From assembly GCA_964016885.1 (NCBI GenBank), contig OZ024741.1, positions 138,694,001 through 138,758,000 of the forward strand: 64,000 nt of DNA, given 5' to 3'. Every line of letters starts with the position of its first letter. The stretch's first letter is position 1. The stretch is from Eledone cirrhosa. Taxonomy: Eukaryota. The notes beneath the pieces are model-generated. The model saw only the letters and a program-made list of their open reading frames with translations. It was not told the DNA's origin and made no database searches. A program made the translations under genes and the position numbers. This document shows positions 52,947-64,000 of the stretch, piece by piece.

Positions 52947-53804
52947 CTATGTATGTATGTATGTATGTGTCTGTGTGTGTGCGCGTGTGTATGTATGGGG
53001 TGGGGGGGTGTTCCATATTTTGATGGTATGGCTAGGCTCTTTTCTGTGTATGTATTTTTCAGCTACGTTGTTCAACAAACACTCAACTCCCATATTCATA
53101 TACCATTCTAGACTAGAGTTCATTATTGTGCAAATAATCATAGAATTTCTTATTAGAACTGCCAAATGTATGGTTTGGACTATTATGTGTGGTCAACATA
53201 TCAATGTGTCAAGAGTCAAGAGAAATTGATATCTGAAGCCACGGCGAAACTGATTGACACTTCCAAAGACCTGTATTAAATCTATGACATGTAGTGCAGA
53301 CATTTTCAAAAATTGTTTTGGTAAAACTGAAGTAATTCAAAATTAACATTGAACTGATAACTTTGTTATTAATGTAAAATATTACACAAATCAGACAGAA
53401 ACCGAACAATGTTAAAAGTAAGATAGAAATTGTCACTTGACATCCATTAACTGCTGTACTTCAGAATTTTAGAGTGGATGTGGATGATCCACAACTAAGG
53501 ATGGTTTTAATCAGAATCAATTTGATAAAGAGGATTAATTACGTATTTTGATGTTTGATTCATTAGTGGGATGTATAAAATGATATATCTTATCATTATC
53601 GTACTTCCTAATGTAAGGACAAACGTGACTTGTATGGTATGATGATACTTCAATATTATGTTAAGCATAGATACATTTAGAAATCAAGAATTTTTAATGC
53701 TTCCTATTCTAGCAAATTAAAATATCTCCTTATCTTAGGTTGAGTTGGGTATTTGTGACACTCCATTGGTTCTAAATTCTATTGTTCCTGTTAGTCGAAA
53801 AAAC

Positions 53805-53968
53805 CAAATAGCCGGCTCTTAAATGTAACGCGAAATGTCTGCGCATTCCATAGACACATCTGTACCTTATATAGTTGTCAGGGATATTCAACAGAACACA
53901 CAGTGTCACCAAGTTTGCAATTTCAGTTCCAGGTACAACATAAACTTTTTCAGCTGAGAAGACTGGAA
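53805..53968 (+). mobile_element. interspersed repeat (same family as 49425-49580)
   Basis: Shared blocks as above. Confidence 0.5.
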
Positions 53969-54604
53969 AAATATAAATGTATATATACGACGGAGTTTCT
54001 TCATTAGTCAACCCACCAACATTTAGGAAAACCCTTGCTGAAAGACCCATGTAATGGTACTGAACCAGTAGCCACCTCATAGCGAATCACATTCCTTATC
54101 GTATACGATTTGCTTTTCTATACAATGTAGTTCCTATTATATGATAACTTTAAAATTCCCACGTGGTTTCAATCTTTCACGGAAAATAAGAACACATCAC
54201 TCTGTTGCTTTCATATACACATAGCAAGATAAAGATGTTATCGTTGAATATAGGACTCATTTTAACTGGAGGCCAGGTGTTAGATATGATTTCACTGACA
54301 TTCATCAAAGAGTTCCTTATCTGAGATATGATGTGTATATTCATTCATATTCATCCGACCAATCTTTGCATCACTTTTTTTTCCATCCTATACTTGACAC
54401 GTTTGCTTTACAACAAAATTCCACGAAATATCTTTCTCGCCATCTTTAACTGACAACTTATTGATGAAGTTAAAATGTTGATCTGAAATCTTTGAAATAA
54501 TTAAACACTGTTGTTAGTATCTTTATCATGAGAAAACCTCATTTGTAAATATTGTATTTGAAGTTACAAAAAAACACAATAATAATGATAATAATGATAA
54601 TAAT

Positions 54605-54810
54605 CTGTTCTGAGTTAGAAACAAGGACAACAATTTTAGGGTAGAGGAAAGTCGATTAAATCGAAGCCAGGATGTATTTTATCGGCCCCAATAAGGATGA
54701 GAGGCAACGCAAACCACGATGGGATTTGAACAGAGACCGTAAATTGATGTAACTATATGCTGCAAAGCATGTTGCCCGACATTCTACCGATACTTCCAAT
54801 CTCTCTCCAT
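54605..54810 (-). mobile_element. tRNA-derived SINE embedded in (TAA)n
   Basis: 'gtcgattaaatcga...ttttatcggcccc.ataaggatgagaggcaa...gggatttgaac...ctaccgatact'. Confidence 0.8.
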
Positions 54811-54832
54811 TAATAATAATAATAATAATAAT

Positions 54833-57415
54833 AAAAACATACACACTAAACATAAACACTAAAAATAGACTGGAAATAAAGTACAAAACTAGGAGGAAAA
54901 GGCTAAATATTATCATAGAGGAACTGAAGCAACGCATTGTAGCAAAGAGTGCAAAAATTAGGCGATACGAGAGCAGAGTCAGTCAGTATAGACAGAACCG
55001 CAAGTTTGACAACAACCAGAAGGTGTTGTTTGGACAGCTTGAAGGGAAAGGCAACGACTTGATCCCTGAGGCGGAACAAACTAAGACACTCTGCAGAGGG
55101 ATATGGGAGCAGGATGTTAAACATAATGACCAGGCAGTATAGATTGAGACAGTACAAAAGGAGATTAGTGAACAGGCACACCAACAAACTGATTTGAGTA
55201 TCACAGTTGAAACTCTCAAGGGGCAGGCCAAAAAGCTAACCAACTGTAAATCACCAGGCCCAGATGGTGTGCAGGGGTATTGGATTAAAAATATAACATC
55301 CTCCACCCGAAACTGACAACCATGTTCAATGATTGCTTGATGTCAGGTGAGGTACCAGAGTGGTTGACAAAAGGTACCACAGTTCTCGTAATGAAAGGCC
55401 GAATCAAGGGTAATGATGTTACCAACTATACACCTATCACATGTCTGTCCGTAATGTGGAAACGGTTGACAAGCATCGTGTCTGAGGAAATCTACCATCA
55501 CCTCCACACAAACAACTTGTTACCGGACGAACAGAAAGGATGCCGAAAGAAGTCCCGTGGTACAAATGACCAGTTACTTATTGATAATATGGTAATGAGG
55601 AATTGCAAGAGGAGACACATTGGTCTTGCCATGGGATGGATAGACTACAAAAAGGCATTTGACATGGTGCCTCATTCTTGGATCACCAAAAGCCTAGAGA
55701 TCTTCAAGGTCGCAGATAACATCAGACAGTTGTTGAGCAAAAGTATGAAGTCCTGGAAAACAGAGTTAACATCAGCTGGAGAATCATTGGGAGGCGTGAA
55801 GATCAAGTGAGGTATCTTCCAGGGAGATAGTCTGTTCCTTCTGTTGTTTGTCCTTGCCCTGATGCCCCTAACCATTATACTGCGAAAAGTGAGAGCAGGA
55901 TACAAGTTGGGAAAAGGAGAGCTTACCATCAACCACCTCCTCTTCATGGACGATCTTAAGCTCTTCGGGAATAGTGAGAAGGAGTTGGATGTGCTTGTTG
56001 ACACTGTCCGTATTTTCAGCAATGATATATGTATGCAATTTGGTATTAGTAAGTGTGGAGTCCTTGTGATGAAGAGCGCTAATTGAGCAGAAGTAACGGA
56101 ATCCAGGTACCAACAGGTGAGATGATAAAGGAGGCTGATGACATTAAGAACAAAAAAATGAAGGAATTGATAAGATCTGAATACATTCGGAGAGTAAGGA
56201 GCGTATTAAAGTCACATCTGAACAGTAGGAATTCCATAAGTGGAGTAAATTCCCGAGCTGTGTCTATTATTAGGTACAGTGCGGGAATTCTGAGATGGAA
56301 TGTTGCTGAACAAAAAGAAATGGATAGGAAGACTAGGAAGCTATTGACTATCTACAATATGTTCCACAAGAGGAGTGATGTCGATAGACTCTACTTAAGG
56401 AGATCTGAGGGTGGAAGAGGTCTTATCAGCATAGAGGACTGTGTTCAGATGGAGAAAAACAACCTACACAAATACGTTACTGATAGTAAGGAGCCAATGC
56501 TCAGAACTGTCCTGAAGGAGGGGACAATAGGCCAAGGGATGTCCAAGGAGGAAATAACATCAAGAAGAAAGAGCAGCCTTCAGGAAAAATCCCTTCATAG
56601 TACCTTTTTTTGAGAAAACTGAATTTAGAGATCCACAGACATGGAACTGGTTGAAAAGAGGAGACCTTAAACAGGCTACAGAAGGAATGTTAATGGCTGC
56701 GCAGAAGCAGCCCTCAAAACGAAGTAGCTGAAACACCACATTTACAAGGAGGAGGCTAGCCCACTGTGCAGGATGTGTGGAGAGAGAGAGGAGACTGTGG
56801 CTCACATTGTATCCGAGTGTAAACACCTAGCCCAGACTCACTATAAGGGCTGGAGACATGATGTGATGGGCAGGGTGATCCACTGGCACCTATGCAAAGT
56901 AAACAATTTACTACATACTGAGAAGTGGTATGAGCATAAGCCAGAGGCGTTGATAGAAAACAATCAGGTGAAGGTGCTGTGGGATTTTAGGATACAGACA
57001 GACAAGAAACTGGAACACAATAGACCTGACCTGGTGGTTTTGGACAAAGAAAAAAGATCGTGCCTGATTGTGGATGTGGCCTGCCCATTCGACACGAGAG
57101 TGGAAGAGAAGGAGAGGGAGAAAATTAACCGATACCAGGACTTAAAGTGGGAGGTAAAAAGGATTTGGAACTGCCATGAAGTCAAAGTGATCCCGATTGT
57201 CATAGGCGCACTAGGGACTATCTCAAAAAGTTTCCAGGGATGGTTAGAGAAAATTGGCCCCTTCACGCTTTTTGGGACGCTTCAAAAGGGATGCTTGCTG
57301 GGAACAGCAAGAACCCTCCGATACGTCCTGAATATCTGAGGCTGCAGGTAGTGGCTTGATATTCATTTCAACAAACTTTCCAGTTAACTAACATCAATGA
57401 CTGAGACTCAAAGAG
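54833..57415 (+). mobile_element. 5'-truncated R4/Dong-like LINE (RT + CCHC + RLE), pseudogenised, in (TAA)n
   Basis: LKQRIVAKSAKIRRY...YRQN; KSPGPDG; WIDYKKAFDMVPH; GIFQGD; LLFMDDLKLF; RLYLRRSEGGRGL; CRMCGEREETVAHIVSEC; RHD; RPD..D. (TAA)n flanks both ends. Confidence 0.92.
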
Positions 57416-58562
57416 TAATAACAATAATAATAATAATAATAATAATAATATTAAGGTGAAGAAGAAGAGGAATATTAAAGTGAACTTTAAATAAGAGAGA
57501 AGGATACAGCGGAGAAAAGTCTCATAAGTATTAAATGGATAACTAGGAGTATTCAGAGGAGCCATGTGATAAAAATATCATGAGAATTGTAATCTCTGCA
57601 CTTTCATTACTTCGTGTGTAATGACAATATTATGCGAAACTATTATTATAATTATAAAAGCGAATTAGATCTGTCTTTACATCAATGACATTTGGAAGTT
57701 AAACGACGTAGTGCTTTCGCTCATTTATCTAAATTTTATCATTATAATGAGCGTAAGATCAATATCGATACATGCATTGGCCCTTAAATCCTGTCAGTGT
57801 TGTAAGGGTTTCGTAATGATAAAAGACGTGTTTGGGGAATTACACAATGCAGATCATCTCTATCTCTGAGTCTGAACGAAGTTCATTTCCTCCAGAGAAT
57901 GATAGAAAGGTATTGCAATGATGAAGAAACGAATCCATGTTATTAAACATGTGGCTTATGGACCTCGTTCGAATTTGAACTGATTGTGCAGTCAATCGAA
58001 AGGAATACAATGGAGAATAATATTCGACACTCTAACGTCTTTGTCACTTCACGTCCTATCTAACGTTCTACACACAGTATATTCTTAGATCTCCCCACAT
58101 ACTCACTAAATATTTGAAACATAGAAAACATATTCGAGTAGCGTACGTCATTAACATCACACACAATGTCTTTCTTTTAGACAAAGAGGTTCTAAGCTCA
58201 AAATATGAATTAGATTCCTTTCAAACAAATATGGACATTTAGAAAAATGTGATGGACTAAGTAACAATATTTAAAACACAGGGATATAATGCTGTAAGTG
58301 CAGTCAGTTAGAAACATATAAGAACATGTGAGGACACAGATTTGAAAATTAATAACCATCCAGTTACTAAAGTAGACGAACAAAGAATCAGTTACCTTTC
58401 AGTAAATCTCAACGTGTTCATGGTTATTTCTTGGCAACATGACCATTCCGATGCACAAGAACGCATTCACACGCACAGAGACACATATGCACACACGCAC
58501 ACTGAGTACGCATGTACAACCACACACAAACACACACACGCGCACACACACACGCACGCACA

Positions 58563-58612
<50 letters not shown>

Positions 58613-58613
<1 letters not shown>

Positions 58614-59020
58614 GAGAGTAATCCAAAAAGTAAGGTTTCCAAAGCGATGGGGACGCAGAGAAACTGTTCGTACGGCTGTTGGCAACACTGTTGTGATTGG
58701 TGCTTCCTTCACTCCCAAACAAGCATGCGCGCGCTTCGCTGGGATGCTCAATCTTGGCTTGGCAGCCGATGAGAATGGAGCACCCGTTGAACGCTACCGG
58801 CAAGTGCGAATTTCGCGCAGTTATTATATAGAGGGCGATGCAAAAAGTAAGGTCTCCTTCCGAGGAAAACATGCGTAAACATCGGCGGATCCCTCTGGAT
58901 GCTCTCTGCATTTTGTTTCCTGAGGTTTCCCGAAGCCACATCCATAGGATTTTAACGGAAAAGATGCAATATGGGAAGTTGCAATATCGGAAGGAGACCT
59001 TACTTTTGGGATTGCCCTCG
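58613..59020 (+). mobile_element. mariner-derived non-autonomous element with three TIR copies, TA-flanked
   Basis: TIRs cgag.g.aatcc.aaaagtaaggt.tcc at 58613, 58831 and (inverted) 58993-59020; transposase remnants 'CEFRAVI' and 'RRIPLDALCILFPEVSRSHIHRILTEKMQYGK'. Confidence 0.8.
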
Positions 59021-59051
<31 letters not shown>

Positions 59052-59069
59052 TAGCGAATACAGAGGGAC

Positions 59070-59153
<84 letters not shown>

Positions 59154-61002
59154 ACATACATATATTCACTCACTTACACACGCACACGCTAACGCATAAG
59201 GTATGTTATGTCATTTACATTGGCTTTTCCTTTAATCGTTTCTGAAATGAATAGCCAGTGCTATATAGAAAGGGGCACTCCCTGATTATAAGTCCACAAT
59301 GTTATACCATTATATATATAGATAAAAAGAAATATAACATTGGTGAATGAAATGAAGATATGAAGTTAGATTATATGAAAAGATATCAAAGTTAGAATAC
59401 GAAAGGGAAACAGCAGCTCCAACATATTTACTGTATTAAAAGCCGACAAAACGTATTATGAAAAAAAGAACGTTTACGACAGCAACAGGAATGTAGCAGA
59501 ATAATGGTGGAACAGTGTTTGAGAAGTGGGGAAAATGGGAGGAAGATTTATGGTGACGGCAACAAGGGAGATTTTTATCTGCAGCTAATGAATTAAATTG
59601 ACACGTGCTTTCAAATGATAACCTCTTATTCGCTCTTTTTTTCTGAATGAAGCGAGTGAATGGAGTGAGTTAGTGATAAAGGATTTTAGTGTAATTACCA
59701 GAGAGCCTTTTGGGGAATTATATTTATCAAATAAAAATAAAGTATTTTAAAATCATGCTTTTATAAAGGATTGGATGAGTGGAGAGGAAATATTGCGTTA
59801 TTGCATCTGGAAAATTCTCTCACTAAAACTGAAATAAAATGTTATTGATCAATGAATGTCGAAACATTTCTATACAAAGTTATATTTGTTTATTTTGTAT
59901 TTCTCTTAATATTATGCTTTTATCATTTTCCTTTATTAAGTTCCTACTTTTTTTATATTGTTTGTCGAGATTAATAACTGAATGAATTCTCGTATTTATA
60001 AGTAACTTGCTTCTAATGTATTAGACGGAACGGGATATAAAAATCTTTCTGTTATTCAATGCAAATGCAATGTTGACAGAATTGCGGTGTAACACAGATG
60101 TATAGTGCTTCAGTGAAATGCGGCTTTCACTATAGAAAATGAGCTGTTATAAAGAATTGCGATAGCGGAACAAGCAATTGGATTAAGAATCCTATTATGT
60201 TGGGCAGAATTTTTTTTTAAAAGAAAGCTATTTATTTGACACAACATGAAAGTATAAACAGACAGATTTGATCTTGTTTAATGGCATAGGCATTACGATC
60301 GGTTCAAATAATCTGCAATGTTTGTGTCTTACTTGCACAATCATTTGATATAAATGGCAAACGAATGTCTCTAACTCTGCACATTATATCTAAGTTAGTT
60401 ATTATGTTTTGTTATGTATTTCTTAATTCAAAGACAGCGTCTCGATATCAAAGGAAATTCATCTTTCATTGACATTAGATACACATACTGGCACTATTAT
60501 TCGGGGTCCGTATAATCACTCTGTCGTTTTAACAACCTTCCAATCACTCCTATAATCAGAAACATTAACAAATCTAATATTCCCCATCACCACAATAATG
60601 TACGGTCGTTATTGCCAGCTGAATGGCAATAAATACTTATACAATCGTACTTACGATGAACGTACACACTATACAAAAGCAATTCTGGACTTTTCTAAAT
60701 CTAGTCGATACTATTTTGATTGGTATTATATACGTAGATAATACACTTCGTTGATGCATCTATTAAGATCGAAACGTACCATTTGCTTTCACTACGTCGC
60801 TTTCACGACAACACACACACACCCATCTACATCGTCTATATTTTCCTAAATTCGGAGTACTTAATATTATTGGAGTTATCTCCCTTTGTTTCTCCATTTA
60901 GATTTTAAAGAATGATAAAGTGACTTTTATTCTATTAATTGCCTTTATCAAAATCCCTATATTACATACGTATTTTCTAGTCAAAATGGTCTACTCAATG
61001 TT

Positions 61003-61065
<63 letters not shown>

Positions 61066-61344
61066 AGTGGAAGAGAAAGAATGATGATACTATATATTAA
61101 ATGCCAATAGCCGAAGCGAAGTATGCTGGATGCTTAGAGATGCCATGTGTTAAATATTATACTAAGGTTAATATTTAATGAAAGTTAACCGCAGAAGGTA
61201 AGCAGAGTAGGTATAGGCAAAAATAAATGGAGAAGAAGGCAATACATCCCAAAACAAAATTTACTTATTACACGGTGTTTCATCTACACCCAGTAATACA
61301 GGTAATACTAGTAATAATTATAATAAGTATGATAATAATAATAA

Positions 61345-61980
61345 TCTATATGGATGATTTAAAGCTATATTGCAAAGACAATGACGAACTGGAAGGTTTT
61401 TTGCGGATAGTAAAAACATTTAGTGATGACACCAGAATGGAGTTTGAACTTGATAAGTGTGTCAAGGTCACTTTCAAGAAGAGGAAGCTTGTCAACTCAA
61501 ACTCAGTTGAATTAGATGCTGAAAGAGTCATAAAAGAACTTGAGCAAGAACAAACCTACAAATACTTAGGGTTTAATGAGGGCTCTGGCATTCAGCATGT
61601 ACGTATGGAAGGGAGGATAAGAAAGGAATATTACAGGAGAGTACGCACAGATTTGAAATCAGAACTAAATGGTCGTAACAAGATGTTAGCCATAAATTCC
61701 TTTGCAGTTCCAATTGTCACTTATAGCTTCGGTGTTTTGAACTGGAATATGAGTGAAATTAAAAGAACCCGCACCAACATTCGTCAGTTACTGACTTGTA
61801 ATAAGATGCACCACCCGAAAGCAGATGTGGATCGTCTTTACCTTCCTAGAACTCAAAGAGGCCGTGGCCTGATCCAATTTGAGCTTACCTACAAGACCAC
61901 CACAATTGGATCTTGGAACAACAAACGACTGTTTGTTGAAAAACATGAGAGAAGTAAGAAGCTTCATTCTATCTTGAAGG
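61345..61980 (+). pseudogene. R4/Dong-like LINE RT fragment (different subfamily), 5'-truncated after a TAA tract
   Basis: YMDDLKLY...YKYLG...KSELNGRNK..AIN...HHPKADVDRLYLPRTQRGRGL. Confidence 0.85.
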
Positions 61981-62819
61981 TAGCATACCTACTAGCACAC
62001 ATGTTTAGATGTGAATTACCATACATGATCACATGAACATAATAGTAATTAGTAACACCAGGAACTGTAATTGTAGGACCCCTAAACTGTCCACATCATG
62101 GTCATTGCCTAGTTAGTAATGTAATATATGAGTGCACAGTCACTATTCATGATAGTACTTCATTTTACATCATATGGCTACTTCTAATGAATTCAAAACT
62201 AGAATCTAACACTAGTTACACAACCCAACACACCACCTCGCATCAATGTCACTTAACTTGGCCTGTTATAATTTTAAAAAATAATAGTTTCCCGTTTTTT
62301 TTTCTAAAGAATACACCATAGTGACTTCTCTTAGATAATTATGCCCTTTTGTAACCGCCATGTTAGATTTACAAATTAGCTCTCTTTCAAAATCATTCGG
62401 ACTAAGGTATGCACTCCGATGTATTATTGTATCTGATTATTCCTTGAATGAGTAATTATTGCAGTAATGGTAAATTTCTTTCGCTGTTATATAAATGGAA
62501 CTACCTTCCAGCAACATCATTAAAAGCAATAATATTTCTTCTCTGAAGATTCTAAGAAAAGAGTCTTTATCATAATATATATATGCATATGCACATATAT
62601 ATATAGAACTTTTATGTTGATATTATGCCTAGATGAAACACTGTGCAAGGAGTAAATTTTGGTTTTTAATGCATTGCCTTCTCCATATATTTTTCCTTAT
62701 ATATATATATATATAAGTACTGAAGTTTCCGTTGAAAATTGAAAAAGTCATAGGAGTGAAGAGTGCTCTATGTAAGTACCAGATCAAAATTTAATGTATA
62801 ATAAACAATACAATATAAT

Positions 62820-62893
62820 TACCTCATTACCAGAGGTTTCCCGAATAAGACGAATACGAAAAAAACGTCCTCATTCGTTCGTCAGACAAGGTA
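62820..62893 (-). ncRNA. type I hammerhead ribozyme in the inverted 5' repeat of the downstream PLE
   Basis: taccttgt-CTGACGA-acgaatgaggacg[13]cgtcttattcgg-GAAA-cctctgg-TA-atgaggta. Confidence 0.78.
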
Positions 62894-62917
62894 TAGGATT
62901 ATAAACCAATACTGAAC

Positions 62918-64000
62918 TTGGATAAATATCCTTTGGATTACTCTATCAAGAACATCCCTACACCTTCTAACACTTCCTACACGAAAATGCTGATAGACAA
63001 AGTAGAGAAGGTTGTTAAAAGAATGAGATGGAAAGCTTTGATTCTCGATGGACACTTTAACACGGACTCTACGGAACATTTTGAAATCAAAACTCATAAA
63101 TACACACAAAGAGTAAAATATATGACCGCTTTTGAACTAGACTTAGTTAATCTAATCAACAATATCAATTTTCGTAAGTACTCTAACCCTTTTCAATCTA
63201 AACTATCTAATGATATTTCAATATTCAAATCTTCTAAAAATAAGTTCATTTTCTCCGACAAAACTAAAAACTTATACGAAGTTAATAATAATTTACATGA
63301 CCATCTCTTAATAGATAACATCACCTCTAAATACCAAATAGCTAATATAAACACGTATCATAATATAAATAAGGAAGCTAAAGAATTAGATAGTTCTTTA
63401 AAAATAGATAATAGGACAGAAAAACTTGCTAAACGTAATGAATATATCACCCTTAAAGATCACAAACCTGACTTTATTAATCGTCCTAGTTGTAGATTAA
63501 TCAACCCTGCTATGACTGATATCGGTCTTGTCAGCAAAAAAAATGTTAAATAATATAAACACACACATTAGAAGTAAGTCTAAATTACTCCAATAGATAA
63601 ATAGCTCTTCCGTAGTACATTGGTTTAATAAAGTTAAATATAAAAATAGTTCTAGATTCACCCAATTTGACATTGTAGATTTCTACCCGTCTATCACTCA
63701 GACTCTTTTAGCGAAAGCCTTAAATTTCGCTAGAAAGTTTACCAATATCTCTGAGATTGAAGAGAATGTCATCTTGCATGCTAGAAACACTCTACTCTTT
63801 ACTGATAATGACAGGTGGTTAAAATATCTAACCCAGAGAGCCCATTTGATGTCTCAATGGGCTCTTTTTACAGTGTTGATATTTGTGATTTAGTCGGCCT
63901 ATTCCTCCTACACACACTTAAAGAAAAATTCCCTAACCATATGTTTGGGCTTTATCGCGACGATGGTCTAATACTTTCCCATACCACTATAGGCCATAAC
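62918..64000 (+). pseudogene. Penelope-like (Naiad-like) reverse transcriptase, frameshifted, running off the window end
   Basis: YSIKNIP...LIDKVEKVVKRMRWKA; ITLKDHK...CRLINP; FDIVDFYPSI; FDVSMGS; CDLVGL; GLYRDDGL. Confidence 0.88.

Noticed and set aside
62918-64000. Selenocysteine recoding as reported for some Naiad PLEs
   Set aside because: No in-frame TGA in the readable frames; the interruptions are a frameshift and a TAG at a likely Trp codon; no SECIS seen.

Overview
AT-rich eukaryotic (animal) non-coding DNA, saturated with (TA)n/(CA)n/(GA)n/(TAA)n microsatellites and transposon relics. The SINE families resemble, from my recollection, octopus/coleoid cephalopod SINEs, so the organism is an inference. 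I could not confidently identify any host protein-coding gene, and nearly all listed ORFs are microsatellite or antisense artefacts. Recognisable content: (1) a head-to-tail trio of L1/Tx1-like LINEs on the minus strand separated by (TAA)n, including one near full-length ~6 kb copy (ORF1 with CCHC knuckle; ORF2 APE-RT-zinc motif, frameshifted); (2) several R4/Dong-like LINE fragments (RT plus restriction-like endonuclease) sitting in (TAA)n on the plus strand; (3) many Penelope-like element (PLE) fragments, with GIY-YIG or RT remnants and inverted or partial-tandem ends, mostly abutting (TA)n; (4) tRNA-derived SINEs with a Deu/Nin-type core, four with readable target-site duplications all starting ATTAT; (5) Tc1/mariner relics and a decayed CR1. 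The most notable signal is a dense and diverse set of type I hammerhead ribozyme motifs (more than ten, hand-folded). They include long or branched stem II forms and core variants (compensated U3-A8, and U4A shared by three copies).
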